64,000 nucleotides of DNA from Nostoc sp. DedSLP01 (lineage in GTDB: Bacteria > Cyanobacteriota > Cyanobacteriia > Cyanobacteriales > Nostocaceae), in the NCBI GenBank assembly GCA_034530875.2, contig JAVRCJ020000018.1:111963-175962 (forward strand), written 5' to 3'. The position numbers and the translations under genes were made by a program. Below, piece after piece: positions 28,945-40,240 of this stretch. The notes under the pieces are model-generated. The model made no database searches, was not told the DNA's origin, and was given only the letters and a program-made list of their open reading frames with translations. The number at the start of each line of letters is the position of its first letter. The stretch's first letter is position 1.

Positions 28945-30321
28945 ATGAAACTCAAGTCATTTGCTCTGACATCTGTAACATTTTGTTTTGCTGCTATTTG
29001 TGGAATACCATCTGTACAAGCTGCAAGTCTAACGACAATTGTCGATGGAGTTAGTAATGCACGAGGTGTTAGCTTTGGACCTGATGGAACTCTCTACGTA
29101 GCAGAACCGGGTATTGGAGGTAATGGAAATTGCCAGCCATCTCCGAGTACGCTATTTCAGCCTATCTGTGCTGGTAACAGTGGTTCCCTCGTCAAAGTGA
29201 CATCAAATGGTCAGGTACAGCGTATATTAAATAACTTTCAATCTCTAGCAGAACAACCAAGCGGCAACCAAGGCGCGGGTATTCAAGACTTGCAATTCGA
29301 TTCTTTGGGAAATGCTTATCTTCTGACTGGGTTTGCTGGTTATCCAGGAAACCGGGATTTAGCAACACTGCAACTCGGTTCTCAATTTCCTATTCCACAA
29401 CAACAACTTGCTACTTTCCCGCCATCAACACCCGATAAAGTCTTAAATTCACCACTCCTAGCACAACTGTACAAAGTTGACTTGAACACGGGATCTCTCA
29501 ATAGTATTTTTGACTTTGCCAAGTATGAAATCACCAAAAATCCAGATGGTGGAGATATAGTTACCAATCCCTACGATTTGACTATTAACGGCGATAGTGC
29601 TTATGTCATTGATGGTGGTGGAAACACTGCTTACAAAGTTAAACTTGACGGAAGTGATGTCCAAGCAACTGGAATTCCCAAAAATATCATTAATAAGTCC
29701 GACTTGCCACCAGGATTGCAACTACCACCAGGGCTATTAAATGAGCTTCCAGGAGGAAAAATAGCAATTCAATCAGTACCTACAGGTGGTGCAATTGGCC
29801 CGGATGGAGCTTTATACGTTAGTGAATATACTGGTTTTCCTTATCCTGAAGAGAAATCGCGGATTTTCCGCATCGGTAAAGATGGAAAGCCAGAAGTTTA
29901 TTTGGATGGGTTTACGCACATCACAGACATAACCTTCGATGAATTTGGTAATTTGCTGGTCTTACAGTTCAGCGATACCTCTCAATTAGGGGGTGACATC
30001 ACAAATCTGCCTGGTTCTCTGATTAAAGTTGCTCCTAATGGCACTCGTACAGTACTTGTGGCAGCGGGTGAAGGCCTAGATTCGGCTGATGGAATTGATA
30101 TTGGCCCTGACGGCAAAATTTATATTACCAATCGTGGCGTCGGCCCGAAATTAGGGCGAGTTGTTCGGGTGGATGGTTTAGTTGCAGAAAGAATCCCGGA
30201 ACCTGGTTCAGTAGCTGGCTTATTAGCACTTGCTAGTTTAGGCGCTACTGGTGCGATCGCCAAGCGCAAACGCCAACAAAAGTTGGGTGAAGAGTTACTA
30301 GTCAAAGCAGAGACTGTCTAA
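28945..30321 (+). CDS. scyE: Exported ScyD/ScyE-family protein with PEP-CTERM tail
   Basis: Paralogous to scyD (FGPDGxLYVxExGIGGNG, NPDG, TGFP.PE). C-terminal IPEPGSVAG + TM + KRKR. Confidence 0.87.
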   Translation: MKLKSFALTSVTFCFAAICGIPSVQAASLTTIVDGVSNARGVSFGPDGTLYVAEPGIGGNGNCQPSPSTLFQPICAGNSGSLVKVTSNGQVQRILNNFQSLAEQPSGNQGAGIQDLQFDSLGNAYLLTGFAGYPGNRDLATLQLGSQFPIPQQQLATFPPSTPDKVLNSPLLAQLYKVDLNTGSLNSIFDFAKYEITKNPDGGDIVTNPYDLTINGDSAYVIDGGGNTAYKVKLDGSDVQATGIPKNIINKSDLPPGLQLPPGLLNELPGGKIAIQSVPTGGAIGPDGALYVSEYTGFPYPEEKSRIFRIGKDGKPEVYLDGFTHITDITFDEFGNLLVLQFSDTSQLGGDITNLPGSLIKVAPNGTRTVLVAAGEGLDSADGIDIGPDGKIYITNRGVGPKLGRVVRVDGLVAERIPEPGSVAGLLALASLGATGAIAKRKRQQKLGEELLVKAETV

Positions 30322-30544
30322 TTTCTAAGGTGTAGGGTGTCGGGGAAAGAAGAGAAAATATTGCGAATTGCGAATTAGTATTACCCCACACCCTACCCCC
30401 TAGAGAAAAGAGAATGCTACCTCACACAGAAAGTTGCATTTCAAACACGAGGTAGCAGTCCAAACTTGAGAGTTCCCAAACTGGAACTGGGAACGAAATT
30501 AGTCTAGGAACGAGTATAACTCATACAACCACGACTTAAAACTC

Positions 30545-31741
30545 ATGGGATTAGTCAAAAATTTATCACTTAGCATTCTCAGTACTGGATTCGCGGTATT
30601 GGCAACAACTGCCCAAGCGAAGGCTGTAACATTAACTTTTGACAGAAGTATCGGCAGTCCTGGCTTTGGCCCTGGGCAACTCTTTGTTCCCCAAGGTATA
30701 GCAGTGGATAGCCAAGGGAATACCCTCATAGCTAACGGACGCGGTGTTAACCCGGATGGTACTCCTAACTACAACCTCGGTAACAAAATTGAAAAATTTA
30801 GTCCAACCGGTCAGTATATTGGAGCAATTGGCTCCGGCGGCACAGGACCCGGACAGTTTGACGAGCCAACAACTGTAGACTTTAATCCTGTAACAGGGGA
30901 TTTGTATGCAGGCGATGTTTACAACAACCGCATCAATCAATTCGATTCTCAGGGTAACTTTATTAGATCCTTTGCAAATGGACAATTTACCCCTCTCGTA
31001 CAAGGTAGGCTTTTCTTTGGACCATCTGGTGTCACATTTGACAAAGCTGGTAACGTTTACGTAGGTGATTTTAACGGCGAAAGAATTCTTAAATTCACAC
31101 CTGACGGACAGCAAATTGGTGTCATTGGTGGCACTAATGGCACTGCACCTGGGCAATTCCAAGGTGTAGCAGGTGTAAGAATTTCCCCAGTTAGTGGAAA
31201 TATCTTTGTAGCTGACCAATATAATAACCGCGTTCAAGTTCTCGATCCAAATGGTAATCCTCTGTTGGCATTTGGTTCAGCAGGTAGCGGGCCTGGACAG
31301 CTTCTTCAGCCAATTGGCATCGAAGTGGACGACCAAGAGAATGTTTATGTAGCTGATTCTATCAACAGCCGCGTTCAGGTATTTGATAAAAACGGTAAAT
31401 TCTTGACTTCCTACGGTAAACCAGCCCTAGATGCATCAGGTAAACCAGTCCCGCCTCCAGGATTAACTGACGGTCCCTTTGGCAACCCCCTTGACCTGAC
31501 ACCAGGTATATTTAACTGGACGGGTGGCACAGCCCTTAAAGATAGCAAGCTTTATGTGGGCGATTTCTTCCAAGGTCGCGTTCAAGTGTTAAACGTAGAG
31601 GGTAGGACGCAAGTACCGGAACCTAGTGCGGCGTTGGGTCTAGCATTGTTCGGACTTGGAGCTGCTACCATGACATTGCGAAAACATAGACAACAAAAAT
31701 CAGCTTTCGCTCTTGAAAAAGAACTGCAAAAGCAATGCTAA
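30545..31741 (+). CDS. scyF: Exported NHL-repeat protein with PEP-CTERM tail
   Basis: Repeated GxGPGQF..P.GI.VD..N.YVAD..N.RVQVF units. C-terminal VPEPSAALG + TM + RKHR. Confidence 0.9.
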   Translation: MGLVKNLSLSILSTGFAVLATTAQAKAVTLTFDRSIGSPGFGPGQLFVPQGIAVDSQGNTLIANGRGVNPDGTPNYNLGNKIEKFSPTGQYIGAIGSGGTGPGQFDEPTTVDFNPVTGDLYAGDVYNNRINQFDSQGNFIRSFANGQFTPLVQGRLFFGPSGVTFDKAGNVYVGDFNGERILKFTPDGQQIGVIGGTNGTAPGQFQGVAGVRISPVSGNIFVADQYNNRVQVLDPNGNPLLAFGSAGSGPGQLLQPIGIEVDDQENVYVADSINSRVQVFDKNGKFLTSYGKPALDASGKPVPPPGLTDGPFGNPLDLTPGIFNWTGGTALKDSKLYVGDFFQGRVQVLNVEGRTQVPEPSAALGLALFGLGAATMTLRKHRQQKSAFALEKELQKQC

Positions 31742-31906
31742 ATAATTAATAATTCGTAATTCGTAGTTCGTAATTAAAACGCCTACAATAGCCGACACGT
31801 TCATTTTTAATTGAGCGATCGCCAAAATAGTGGAGAGTCAAAAACTACCACTCAACTATAATTACGAATTACGAATTACAAATAGCTTCCAGGAAATTAA
31901 AATTTG

Positions 31907-33196
31907 ATGCACATTCTGATTTATTCATACAACTATTATCCAGAGCCGATTGGTATTGCACCTTTGATGACCGAACTAGCAGAAGGACTAGTCAAACGCG
32001 GTCACGAAGTGCGAGTGATTACAGGTATGCCTAACTATCCTCAGCGCCAGATTTACGATGAATATCGGGGTAAGTTATACGTTACTGAAGAAAAAAATGG
32101 CGTTACCATTGAGCGTTGTTACCTGCGAATTAAGTCGAAACCTAACCTCATAGACAGACTACTCTTAGAGTTGAGTTTTGTCTTTACAAGTTTCCCACAA
32201 GCGATTAAAGGTCAGCGCCCTGATGTAATTCTCTTAACAGTGCCGCCGCTACTAATTTCCTTACCTGCAATCTTACTTGGTTGGCTATACAACTGCCCGG
32301 TAGTGTTGAATGTGCAAGATATCCTTCCAGAAGCAGCCGTGCGTGTTGGGCTAATTAAAAATAAGCCAACGATCCGAATTCTGGAAGCATTAGAAAAATT
32401 TGTCTACCGAACCACCCACAGTATCAGCGTCATTGCCGATGGTTTTGTAGATAATTTAATAGATAAAAATGTACCTGCGAATAAAATAGCTTGCATTCCC
32501 AACTGGGTGAATCTCAATTTTATTCGTCCTTTTCCCAAGGAAAATAATTCTTGGAGAACTAGTCATAAACTTAACGATAAATTTGTAGTCCTTTATTCCG
32601 GTAATATTGCTTTAACGCAAGGTTTGGAGACAGTAATAGAAGCAGCGGCTTGCTTGCGTCATATCAAAGAAATCGCCTTTGTCATCGCTGGAGAATCCGA
32701 AGCCCTCAAAGTTTTGCAACAACATTGTCTTGCTTGTGGTGCAGATAACGTTTTACTGCTGCCATTGGAACAACGAGAAAAACTACCACAAATGTTAGCA
32801 GGTGCAGATGTGGGCTTGATTGTGCAAAAGCGCAATATCATTTCCTTCAATATGCCTTCTAAAATCCCATTACTGTTAGCCAGCGGTCGCCCAATTATAG
32901 GTTCAGTTCCCGCCACTGGTACTGCTGCCAAAGCCATCCGACAAAGCGGTGGCGGTATGATTGTTGAGCCAGAGTCAGGGGATGCTTTGGCTACTGCGGT
33001 ACTAGATTTATATAATCATCCGGAAGTTGCAGCGCAATTAGGGCAAAAAGGAAGAAAGTTTGCGGTAGAAAATTATTGCTTCGAGCAAGCTTTAGATCGG
33101 TATGAAAATCTCTTTTCTGATGCGATCGCCAAGAAAACATCAGACTTGGATATTTTACCAGAATTGAGTTCTAAAGAATCGCTTGTTGATATTTAA
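31907..33196 (+). CDS. GT4 (WcaI-like) glycosyltransferase of the scytonemin cluster
   Basis: NYYPEPIGIA, PNYP, QDILPE, YSGNI and PSKIP..LASGRP. Confidence 0.9.
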   Translation: MHILIYSYNYYPEPIGIAPLMTELAEGLVKRGHEVRVITGMPNYPQRQIYDEYRGKLYVTEEKNGVTIERCYLRIKSKPNLIDRLLLELSFVFTSFPQAIKGQRPDVILLTVPPLLISLPAILLGWLYNCPVVLNVQDILPEAAVRVGLIKNKPTIRILEALEKFVYRTTHSISVIADGFVDNLIDKNVPANKIACIPNWVNLNFIRPFPKENNSWRTSHKLNDKFVVLYSGNIALTQGLETVIEAAACLRHIKEIAFVIAGESEALKVLQQHCLACGADNVLLLPLEQREKLPQMLAGADVGLIVQKRNIISFNMPSKIPLLLASGRPIIGSVPATGTAAKAIRQSGGGMIVEPESGDALATAVLDLYNHPEVAAQLGQKGRKFAVENYCFEQALDRYENLFSDAIAKKTSDLDILPELSSKESLVDI

Positions 33197-33296
33197 AATT
33201 GGGGACTGGGCGGAGGGGCAGGGGGCAGGGGAAGAATAAGAACTCCTAAATTATCAGTCAACAGTCAAGACTCAGACTTTATAATAGGACTGGCTT

Positions 33297-34154
33297 ATGA
33301 ACGCTGACCAAAGTGCGATCGCTCTGATTAGCGATCGTCTATCATTATTAGAAGTTGGTATTCCTGAATCTGCAACAAATCATGTTAATCCCCGAAAAAT
33401 CACCATCATCGGCGGACATGGCAGAATGGGAAGGTTATTTAAAGAGCAATTTTCGGCACTAGGTCATAATGTTAGCGTTCTCGAACATCAAGATTGGCAA
33501 TATGCAGAGAAACTCTTAAATACGGCAGAGTTAGTTTTAGTCAGCGTCCCTATTGAATATACAGTTGATGTTATCAAACGTGCAGCTAAATACCTCGCAC
33601 CCACTACAGCTTTGTGCGATATCACAAGCATTAAAACACAGCCAACTCAAGCAATGCTCGAACACCATTCAGGCCCCGTTATGGGTTTGCATCCAATGTT
33701 CGGGCCGAATATTAAATCGTTTTTAGGGCAAAAATTTGTAATATGTCCAGCTAGAAACGACGATGCATTTCAATGGCTATTAAGCTCGATTCAAAATCTA
33801 GGTGGCGAATTAATTGTTTGCACGGCTGAAGAACACGACCGGATGATGGTAATTATTCAAGCAGTGCAGCATTTTTGTAGATTGAGCTTTGGAATTTTCT
33901 TAGCTGAAACCGGAATTGATATAGAGCAGAGTTTATTAATGTCAACTCCTAGTTATCAGCAACAAATTGATAGTATTAAACGTTTGTTTTCTCAAAACTC
34001 TCACTTATGTGTCGATATTATGTTAGCTACAGAGGAGAGATGTGAAGCAATTAACTCTTTAGCTAATACTTATAAGCGTTTGGCAAGATTAGTAAGAAAG
34101 AAAGATAGAGAAGCATTAATTCAAGAGTTGGAAAGAGTCAGAATATTTTTTTAG
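33297..34154 (+). CDS. tyrA: Prephenate dehydrogenase with a short N-terminal chorismate-mutase-like remnant
   Basis: IIGGHGRMG Rossmann motif, DITSIK, LHPMFGP and EEHDRMM..IQ. Confidence 0.88.
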   Translation: MNADQSAIALISDRLSLLEVGIPESATNHVNPRKITIIGGHGRMGRLFKEQFSALGHNVSVLEHQDWQYAEKLLNTAELVLVSVPIEYTVDVIKRAAKYLAPTTALCDITSIKTQPTQAMLEHHSGPVMGLHPMFGPNIKSFLGQKFVICPARNDDAFQWLLSSIQNLGGELIVCTAEEHDRMMVIIQAVQHFCRLSFGIFLAETGIDIEQSLLMSTPSYQQQIDSIKRLFSQNSHLCVDIMLATEERCEAINSLANTYKRLARLVRKKDREALIQELERVRIFF

Positions 34155-34610
34155 AAAAAATTTTTAATATTGGGTATTTAGATAATTGTAAATATTTAGC
34201 TCGTGCAGAGACGTTCCAGGTGCAGAGTAAGAGCTTTAGAGGAATTTTATTTTACAAGATAAGAGTTTACTTATACTTAAGGATAGATAATCATATACTA
34301 CCTTTGATGGAGGAAGAATTTTTTAAGCGGTGTCGAGAACAAATATCCCAATAAAACATTATAAAAAGCGAATAAATTGACACCCAATCTAAAAAATATT
34401 CAATATATTATTTGCTTGGCATATAGTAGCCTTAAATAAGAAGCAAAATTTTTTAATTACATTTTTCACAAATATTTTACGGATGAGAATAGGTTGGCTT
34501 AAATTGACATTGAGTAGTCTAATTTTATTCTTTATCCACAAATAAATATTAATAATAATTAACGATTGGTGAATAACGGTTGACTAACAACTATTCCAGA
34601 GAAATTACCT

Positions 34611-36818
34611 ATGATTTTCGATTCACGTTCCTACAAAACCCTTGGCGGTGTAAGTGTTTCTCGCTCTATTACAGAACTGAAAATAAACACTGCTCTTGAA
34701 GATATTCTGTTCCACTTAAATTCTCAGCGTGGAGGCTTACTAACTAGTAGCTACGAATATCCAGGAAGGTACAAACGATGGGCAATTGGATTTGTCAATC
34801 CACCATTGGAATTGACTACACAAGATAATGGTTTCACTTTGAGAGCATTGAACGAACGCGGGCAAGTTCTTTTACCACTACTTTTAGAATGCTTGTACCA
34901 ATCAAAACAACTAGAGAAAGTTACCCGAAATAACACAGATATTATAGGATTTGTTAAACCTACCAAACAATTATTTGCTGAGGAAGAACGTAGTAAACAA
35001 CCTTCAGCATTTACAGTTGTTCGGGAAGTTCTACATACTTTTTCTAGCCAAGAAGACGAGCATTTAGGATTGTATGGTGCGTTTGGTTATGATTTAGTTT
35101 TTCAGTTTGAGCAAATTCGCCAGCGTTTAGAACGTCCTGAAGACCAGCAAGATTTAGTACTTTACTTACCTGATGAATTAATAATTGTTGACTACTATCA
35201 GCAACGTGCATTTCGCCTAGAATATGAATTTGAAAGCGTGCATGGTAGTACCAAGAATCTTCCTCGAACAGGTGAGTCTGTTGATTATCGCGGAAAGCAT
35301 CTCGTACCAACTCAAGCTGCTGACCATGCTATAGGTGAGTATGCGAAAAAAGTTGAGATTGCCCTCGATTATTTTCGCCGGGGTGATTTATTTGAAGTGG
35401 TTCCTAGTCAAAACTTTTTTGAAAGTTATGAAGGAGAACCAAGCAAGTTATTTGAAACTTTAAAGGATATAAACCCTAGTCCTTATGGATTTATTTTTAA
35501 TTTAGGTGGAGAATATTTAATTGGTGCGTCTCCAGAAATATTCGTGCGGGTTGAGGGTAGACGGGTAGAAACTTGTCCGATTAGCGGCACTATTCGTAGG
35601 GGACAAGATGCTCTTGATGATGCAGTGCAAATTCGTCAATTACTTAATTCACACAAAGATGAAGCTGAGTTGACGATGTGTACTGATGTCGATCGCAATG
35701 ACAAATCTCGAATCTGCGAACCTGGTTCTGTGCGAGTAATTGGTCGTCGCCAAATTGAATTATACAGCCATTTAATTCATACAGTAGATCATGTTGAAGG
35801 TACATTGCGATCGCAATTTGATGCCTTAGACGCATTTTTAAGCCATACTTGGGCAGTTACAGTCACCGGCGCCCCCAAAAAAGCAGCCATAGAATTTATC
35901 GAACAACACGAAAAAAGTCCTCGACGTTGGTATGGGGGAGCAGTTGGTTATTTAAATTTCAATGGCAATTTAAATACTGGATTAATCCTGCGAACAATTC
36001 GATTAAAAGATTGCATTGCTGAAGTGCGAGTTGGCGCTACAGTTCTTTATGACTCAATACCACAAGCAGAAGAAGAAGAAACAATTACCAAAGGTGCTGC
36101 TTTATTTGAGACAATTAGTCGCGTTAAGCAAAGAAATCAAAAAATAGATGAGTCCAGTTCTATTAAATTAAGCAAAAACATACCAAGCTTGAAACCAAGA
36201 AAACGCGTTTTGCTAATAGATTATGAAGACTCATTTGTTCATACTTTAGCTAATTACATCCGCCAAACTGGTGCTAGCGTTACCACATTGCGTCACGGTT
36301 TCTCTGATTCATTATTCGATAAAGAACGACCCGACTTAGTTGTTTTATCTCCCGGCCCCGGTAGACCAAGTGATTTTGGTGTTTCGGAGACTATTGGTGC
36401 TATTGTTTCTCGTCAAATTCCCATTTTTGGAGTTTGTTTAGGACTGCAAGGTATAGTTGAAGCTTTTGGTGGAGAATTAGGAGTTCTCATCTATCCCCAG
36501 CATGGTAAATCCTCACGAATTTTCGTTAGCAGTTCCGATTCTATTACCTTCAAAAATTTACCAAAATCTTTTGCAGTGGGTAGATATCACTCATTATTTG
36601 CTATACGAGAGCATTTACCAAAAGAACTCAAAGTAACAGCTGTCTCTGATGACGATGTAATTATGGGCATTGAACATCGAACACTTCCCATTGCCGCCGT
36701 TCAATTTCATCCAGAATCAATTATGACTTTATCAGAAGAAGTCGGTCTAAAAATCATTCAAAATGTGGTAAATGCATATACCCAGGATGAAAAAACATCA
36801 ATAATTCGTAATTCGTAA
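34611..36818 (+). CDS. trpE: Anthranilate synthase, fused components I and II
   Basis: NPSPY, PISGT, DRND and TGAPK; C-terminal GATase DSFV, LSPGPG, GVCLG, RYHSL and QFHPES. Confidence 0.95.
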   Translation: MIFDSRSYKTLGGVSVSRSITELKINTALEDILFHLNSQRGGLLTSSYEYPGRYKRWAIGFVNPPLELTTQDNGFTLRALNERGQVLLPLLLECLYQSKQLEKVTRNNTDIIGFVKPTKQLFAEEERSKQPSAFTVVREVLHTFSSQEDEHLGLYGAFGYDLVFQFEQIRQRLERPEDQQDLVLYLPDELIIVDYYQQRAFRLEYEFESVHGSTKNLPRTGESVDYRGKHLVPTQAADHAIGEYAKKVEIALDYFRRGDLFEVVPSQNFFESYEGEPSKLFETLKDINPSPYGFIFNLGGEYLIGASPEIFVRVEGRRVETCPISGTIRRGQDALDDAVQIRQLLNSHKDEAELTMCTDVDRNDKSRICEPGSVRVIGRRQIELYSHLIHTVDHVEGTLRSQFDALDAFLSHTWAVTVTGAPKKAAIEFIEQHEKSPRRWYGGAVGYLNFNGNLNTGLILRTIRLKDCIAEVRVGATVLYDSIPQAEEEETITKGAALFETISRVKQRNQKIDESSSIKLSKNIPSLKPRKRVLLIDYEDSFVHTLANYIRQTGASVTTLRHGFSDSLFDKERPDLVVLSPGPGRPSDFGVSETIGAIVSRQIPIFGVCLGLQGIVEAFGGELGVLIYPQHGKSSRIFVSSSDSITFKNLPKSFAVGRYHSLFAIREHLPKELKVTAVSDDDVIMGIEHRTLPIAAVQFHPESIMTLSEEVGLKIIQNVVNAYTQDEKTSIIRNS

Positions 36819-36838
36819 GACTCACCTCCAAGTATTTT

Positions 36839-37708
36839 ATGATTAACCAAGTTATCGCTCATCGCAAAATTCTTGAAGAGATTGTGTTGCATAAAAAGCA
36901 AGAAGTTAGACGAATGCAGCAAGAATTGTCTTCAGCTTTTTTGCAACAAAAGTTAATTGCAGCTCCGATTGTACGAGATTTCTTGAGTGCTTTACAAGAA
37001 AATCCTCAGCAACCAAGCTTAATTGCTGAAGTCAAAAAAGCATCGCCTAGCCGTGGAATTATTAGAGCAGATTTTGACCCAGTTGCGATCGCTCAAGCTT
37101 ACGAACGAGGCGGTGCAGCTTGTCTATCAATCCTTACTGACCAAAAATTCTTTCAAGGCAGTTTTGAGAATCTACGCGCTGTGCGTCACCAAGTATCATT
37201 ACCCCTACTGTGCAAGGAGTTCATCATTGACCCCTATCAAATTTATTTAGCACGCACAGCTGGCGCCGATGCAGTCTTGTTAATTACCGCTATTTTATCA
37301 GACCAAGAACTGCAAGACTTTTTGCAACTAATTCACAATTTGGGGATGAATGCATTAGTAGAAGTTCATACCTTAGCTGAATTGGATAGAGTGCTAAAGC
37401 TTGATAACCTACGTTTACTAGGAATCAACAACCGCAATTTAGAAGATTTTACTGTTGATTTAGGAATAACCCAGCAACTTTTAGCACAGCGCCAACAATA
37501 TCTGCAAAGCTTAAATATCACCGTCGTCAGCGAATCTGGATTGTATACCCCTGCCGATTTATCTCTTGTCGCTGAAGCTGGTGCCCGTGCAGTTTTGGTT
37601 GGAGAATCTTTAGTTAAACAAAGCGATATAGAACAAGCTGTGCGTAATTTGTTAAGACAAACTTCTCCTTTACCTATTACTCAAATCTCTAACCAAAACT
37701 TCCATTAA
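36839..37708 (+). CDS. trpC: Indole-3-glycerol phosphate synthase
   Basis: [30 protein letters not shown] and LVGESL. Confidence 0.96.
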   Translation: MINQVIAHRKILEEIVLHKKQEVRRMQQELSSAFLQQKLIAAPIVRDFLSALQENPQQPSLIAEVKKASPSRGIIRADFDPVAIAQAYERGGAACLSILTDQKFFQGSFENLRAVRHQVSLPLLCKEFIIDPYQIYLARTAGADAVLLITAILSDQELQDFLQLIHNLGMNALVEVHTLAELDRVLKLDNLRLLGINNRNLEDFTVDLGITQQLLAQRQQYLQSLNITVVSESGLYTPADLSLVAEAGARAVLVGESLVKQSDIEQAVRNLLRQTSPLPITQISNQNFH

Positions 37709-37710
37709 AC

Positions 37711-37821
37711 CTTTGCGCTCCTACCCTGCGGGAAGGCGTTCGCGTAGCGTCTCGTAGAGAAGCGCCTATGCGTTTATTTTTAAACGCAAAGGGACGCAGA
37801 GTAAACGCAAAGAAACGCAGA
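37711..37821. repeat. Composite small-repeat cluster between trpC and trpA
   Basis: ctttgcgc...acgcaaag inverted units enclosing the GC-rich short palindromes ccctgcgggaag and gcgtagcgtctcgtagaga. Confidence 0.55.
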
Positions 37822-37886
37822 ATTTTGCTAATTGCTAAACGCTCATTATTCGAGAACTATTAACCAATCACTAAGTATTTTTCAGA

Positions 37887-38729
37887 ATGACTTCAATCTC
37901 TGCTTCCTTTCAAATTTTACGCGATCGCCAAGAGTGTGCTTTAATCCCCTTTATCACAGCCGGCGATCCTAATTTAGAAACCACTGCTGAAGCTTTACGC
38001 ATTTTAGACCGCAACGGTGCTGACTTCATCGAATTGGGCGTTCCCTACTCCGATCCTTTGGCAGATGGGCCTGTGATTCAAGCAGCAGCAACTCGCGCCT
38101 TGCAAAAAGGCACGAAATTAGAGCAAGTGTTAGAGATGTTGCAAACTGTCAGCCCTAATCTAAAAGCGCCGATAATTCTATTTACTTACTACAATCCCAT
38201 TTTGTACCGGGGTATTAAGCCGTTTTTAGGAGAAATTGCCGTTGCTGGGGTGCGAGGCTTGGTAGTACCGGACTTACCTTTAGAAGAAGCAGAAGAATTA
38301 ATCCAAACTGCTGCCTCTTTTGGGATTGAAGTAATTTTACTCGTAGCTCCTACCAGTTCTCAAGATAGAATTGCAGCGATCGCTCGTCAATCTCAAGGTT
38401 TTATCTACCTTGTCAGCGTTACAGGCGTTACAGGTATACGTTCTCAACTGCAAAACCGCGTAAAGGATTTAATTGCAGAGTTGCAAAGTGTTACAGATAA
38501 ACCTATTGGCGTTGGTTTTGGCATCTCAGCAGCACAACAAGCGCATCAGGTAAAAGAATGGGGAGCAGATGCAGTAATTGTTGGTAGTGCTTTTGTGAAA
38601 AAATTAGCTGAAAGTAGCCCGACTGAAAGATTGGAAGCTATTGGGCAACTCTGCCGGGAACTGAAAACAGCCATTACAGAAAGTCCATCTCTTCAAGAGG
38701 CGGGATATAGCAAAGTACAGACGCGATGA
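37887..38729 (+). CDS. trpA: Tryptophan synthase alpha chain
   Basis: [26 protein letters not shown] and IVGSA. Confidence 0.97.
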   Translation: MTSISASFQILRDRQECALIPFITAGDPNLETTAEALRILDRNGADFIELGVPYSDPLADGPVIQAAATRALQKGTKLEQVLEMLQTVSPNLKAPIILFTYYNPILYRGIKPFLGEIAVAGVRGLVVPDLPLEEAEELIQTAASFGIEVILLVAPTSSQDRIAAIARQSQGFIYLVSVTGVTGIRSQLQNRVKDLIAELQSVTDKPIGVGFGISAAQQAHQVKEWGADAVIVGSAFVKKLAESSPTERLEAIGQLCRELKTAITESPSLQEAGYSKVQTR

Positions 38730-38798
38730 ACCCTTGTCTGTACAAGAGAGACGCGATAAGTCGTATCTGTACAAGAGTTATTCTGCCCCTCTGGTTTT

Positions 38799-40031
38799 AT
38801 GAAGAAAATGAAACTATTGCTAAAATCGACCAAAATATTAATATATAGCGTACTTCTAGTTATTGCCTGTGGGCTTACGGTCTTTGCGGGCGATCGCATC
38901 GATCGCAAACAATACAAATATCATTGGGAGTATAATTTTGCAGGGCAATACGCTCGCGTAACTGTCAGAAAGAACGTAACTGACCTGACATCGACAGAGA
39001 AAAAAGCCTTTGTTAAGGCTATCAAAACCTTAAAAACAATAATTCCTGTAGGTAGCAAGGTTAGTATTTACGACCAATTCGTTGCCATACATCTAGGCGC
39101 AACACGTTTGATTCATAACCATAAAGGGCATTCTGATGGTTCAGTCCAAGAACTCGCTCATGAAAATGCCGCATTTTTCCCTTGGCATCGAGAATATATT
39201 CGCAGATTTGAACAAGCTCTGCAAGCAGTAGACCCAAATGTTAGCCTTCCATACTGGGATTGGACTGACCCCAAAGCACTTGATGTTATCTTTAACGATG
39301 ACTTTCTTGGTTCTAACGGTCAAGGAGTAACAATCAAAATTCCAGATCGAGGAAAATTTACAGGCGGCCTTGTAAAGTCTGGGGCTTTTGCTGCGGCAAA
39401 TGGCTGGGTGATGAATCCAGCATTAAACATTGACCCGGATACCGCAACATCCTTAGGTACATCACTTGTACGCTTTCTACGAGTGCCACCTGCCAATGCT
39501 TACCCTCTACCGAAAAAAGATATTCAGCGTGCCCTTGCTCTTAATGACTATTCTCTATTTCGCGCTGCTTTGGAAGGATTTATTTCTGTAGATGAGCAGG
39601 GAAAAGTCACATCAGGAGGATTCATACACAACTACATTCATGGTTTAGTCGGTGGGGTACAGATAGACGCGAGTACGACACCAATAAAGTTTAAAGGTCT
39701 GGGTACCATGAGCAATATACCAAGTTCGCCTTATGACCCGGTATTTTGGTTGCATCATGCTAACGTAGACCGCCTCTGGATTGAATGGCAAGACAACGGC
39801 CATCAAGGTAGTAATTTTTATCCTGCTAAAAATCAGCCTTACGGTCACAATCTCAAAGACCGAATGTGGCCTTGGGACGGCGGTATGTCTACCCCCAAAG
39901 CTACAGCGTTAGGAAATTTATTGCCCCTGTTACCAAAGTTTGACTCTGACGATTTAGTTAGACCTATAGACGTTTTGGATTACAGAAAACTGGGCTATAC
40001 CTACGAAACCCGCAAAAATCGAACAACGTGA
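38799..40031 (+). CDS. Tyrosinase (type-3 copper), probably exported; the scytonemin-cluster 'tyrP' gene
   Basis: CuA segment AIH...AHENAAFFPWHR and CuB segment HNYIH...DPVFWLHHANVD. Hydrophobic N-terminus. Confidence 0.92.
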   Translation: MKKMKLLLKSTKILIYSVLLVIACGLTVFAGDRIDRKQYKYHWEYNFAGQYARVTVRKNVTDLTSTEKKAFVKAIKTLKTIIPVGSKVSIYDQFVAIHLGATRLIHNHKGHSDGSVQELAHENAAFFPWHREYIRRFEQALQAVDPNVSLPYWDWTDPKALDVIFNDDFLGSNGQGVTIKIPDRGKFTGGLVKSGAFAAANGWVMNPALNIDPDTATSLGTSLVRFLRVPPANAYPLPKKDIQRALALNDYSLFRAALEGFISVDEQGKVTSGGFIHNYIHGLVGGVQIDASTTPIKFKGLGTMSNIPSSPYDPVFWLHHANVDRLWIEWQDNGHQGSNFYPAKNQPYGHNLKDRMWPWDGGMSTPKATALGNLLPLLPKFDSDDLVRPIDVLDYRKLGYTYETRKNRTT

Positions 40032-40240
40032 ACAAAATTTCAGGTTTGGCATAAGTTCTAAAAAGTTAGAACGAGAGTCAAAAATTGGCATTGCTGAATT
40101 TGAATATGAAATACTCTTCTCAACTCCTACTCTCTGCGACTTTGCGCCTCTGCGTGTTAGCGAAGCGGGGCGTAGCCCGCTAAATTCATATCTCAATCAG
40201 CAACGCCCAAAAATTGTTGAGCATGAAAGGACTTTAACCA

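Noticed and set aside
30632..31237. 201-aa antisense ORF within scyF, and similar antisense ORFs at 6252, 42850 and 46396
   Set aside because: These are shadows of well-supported genes and show no protein motifs.
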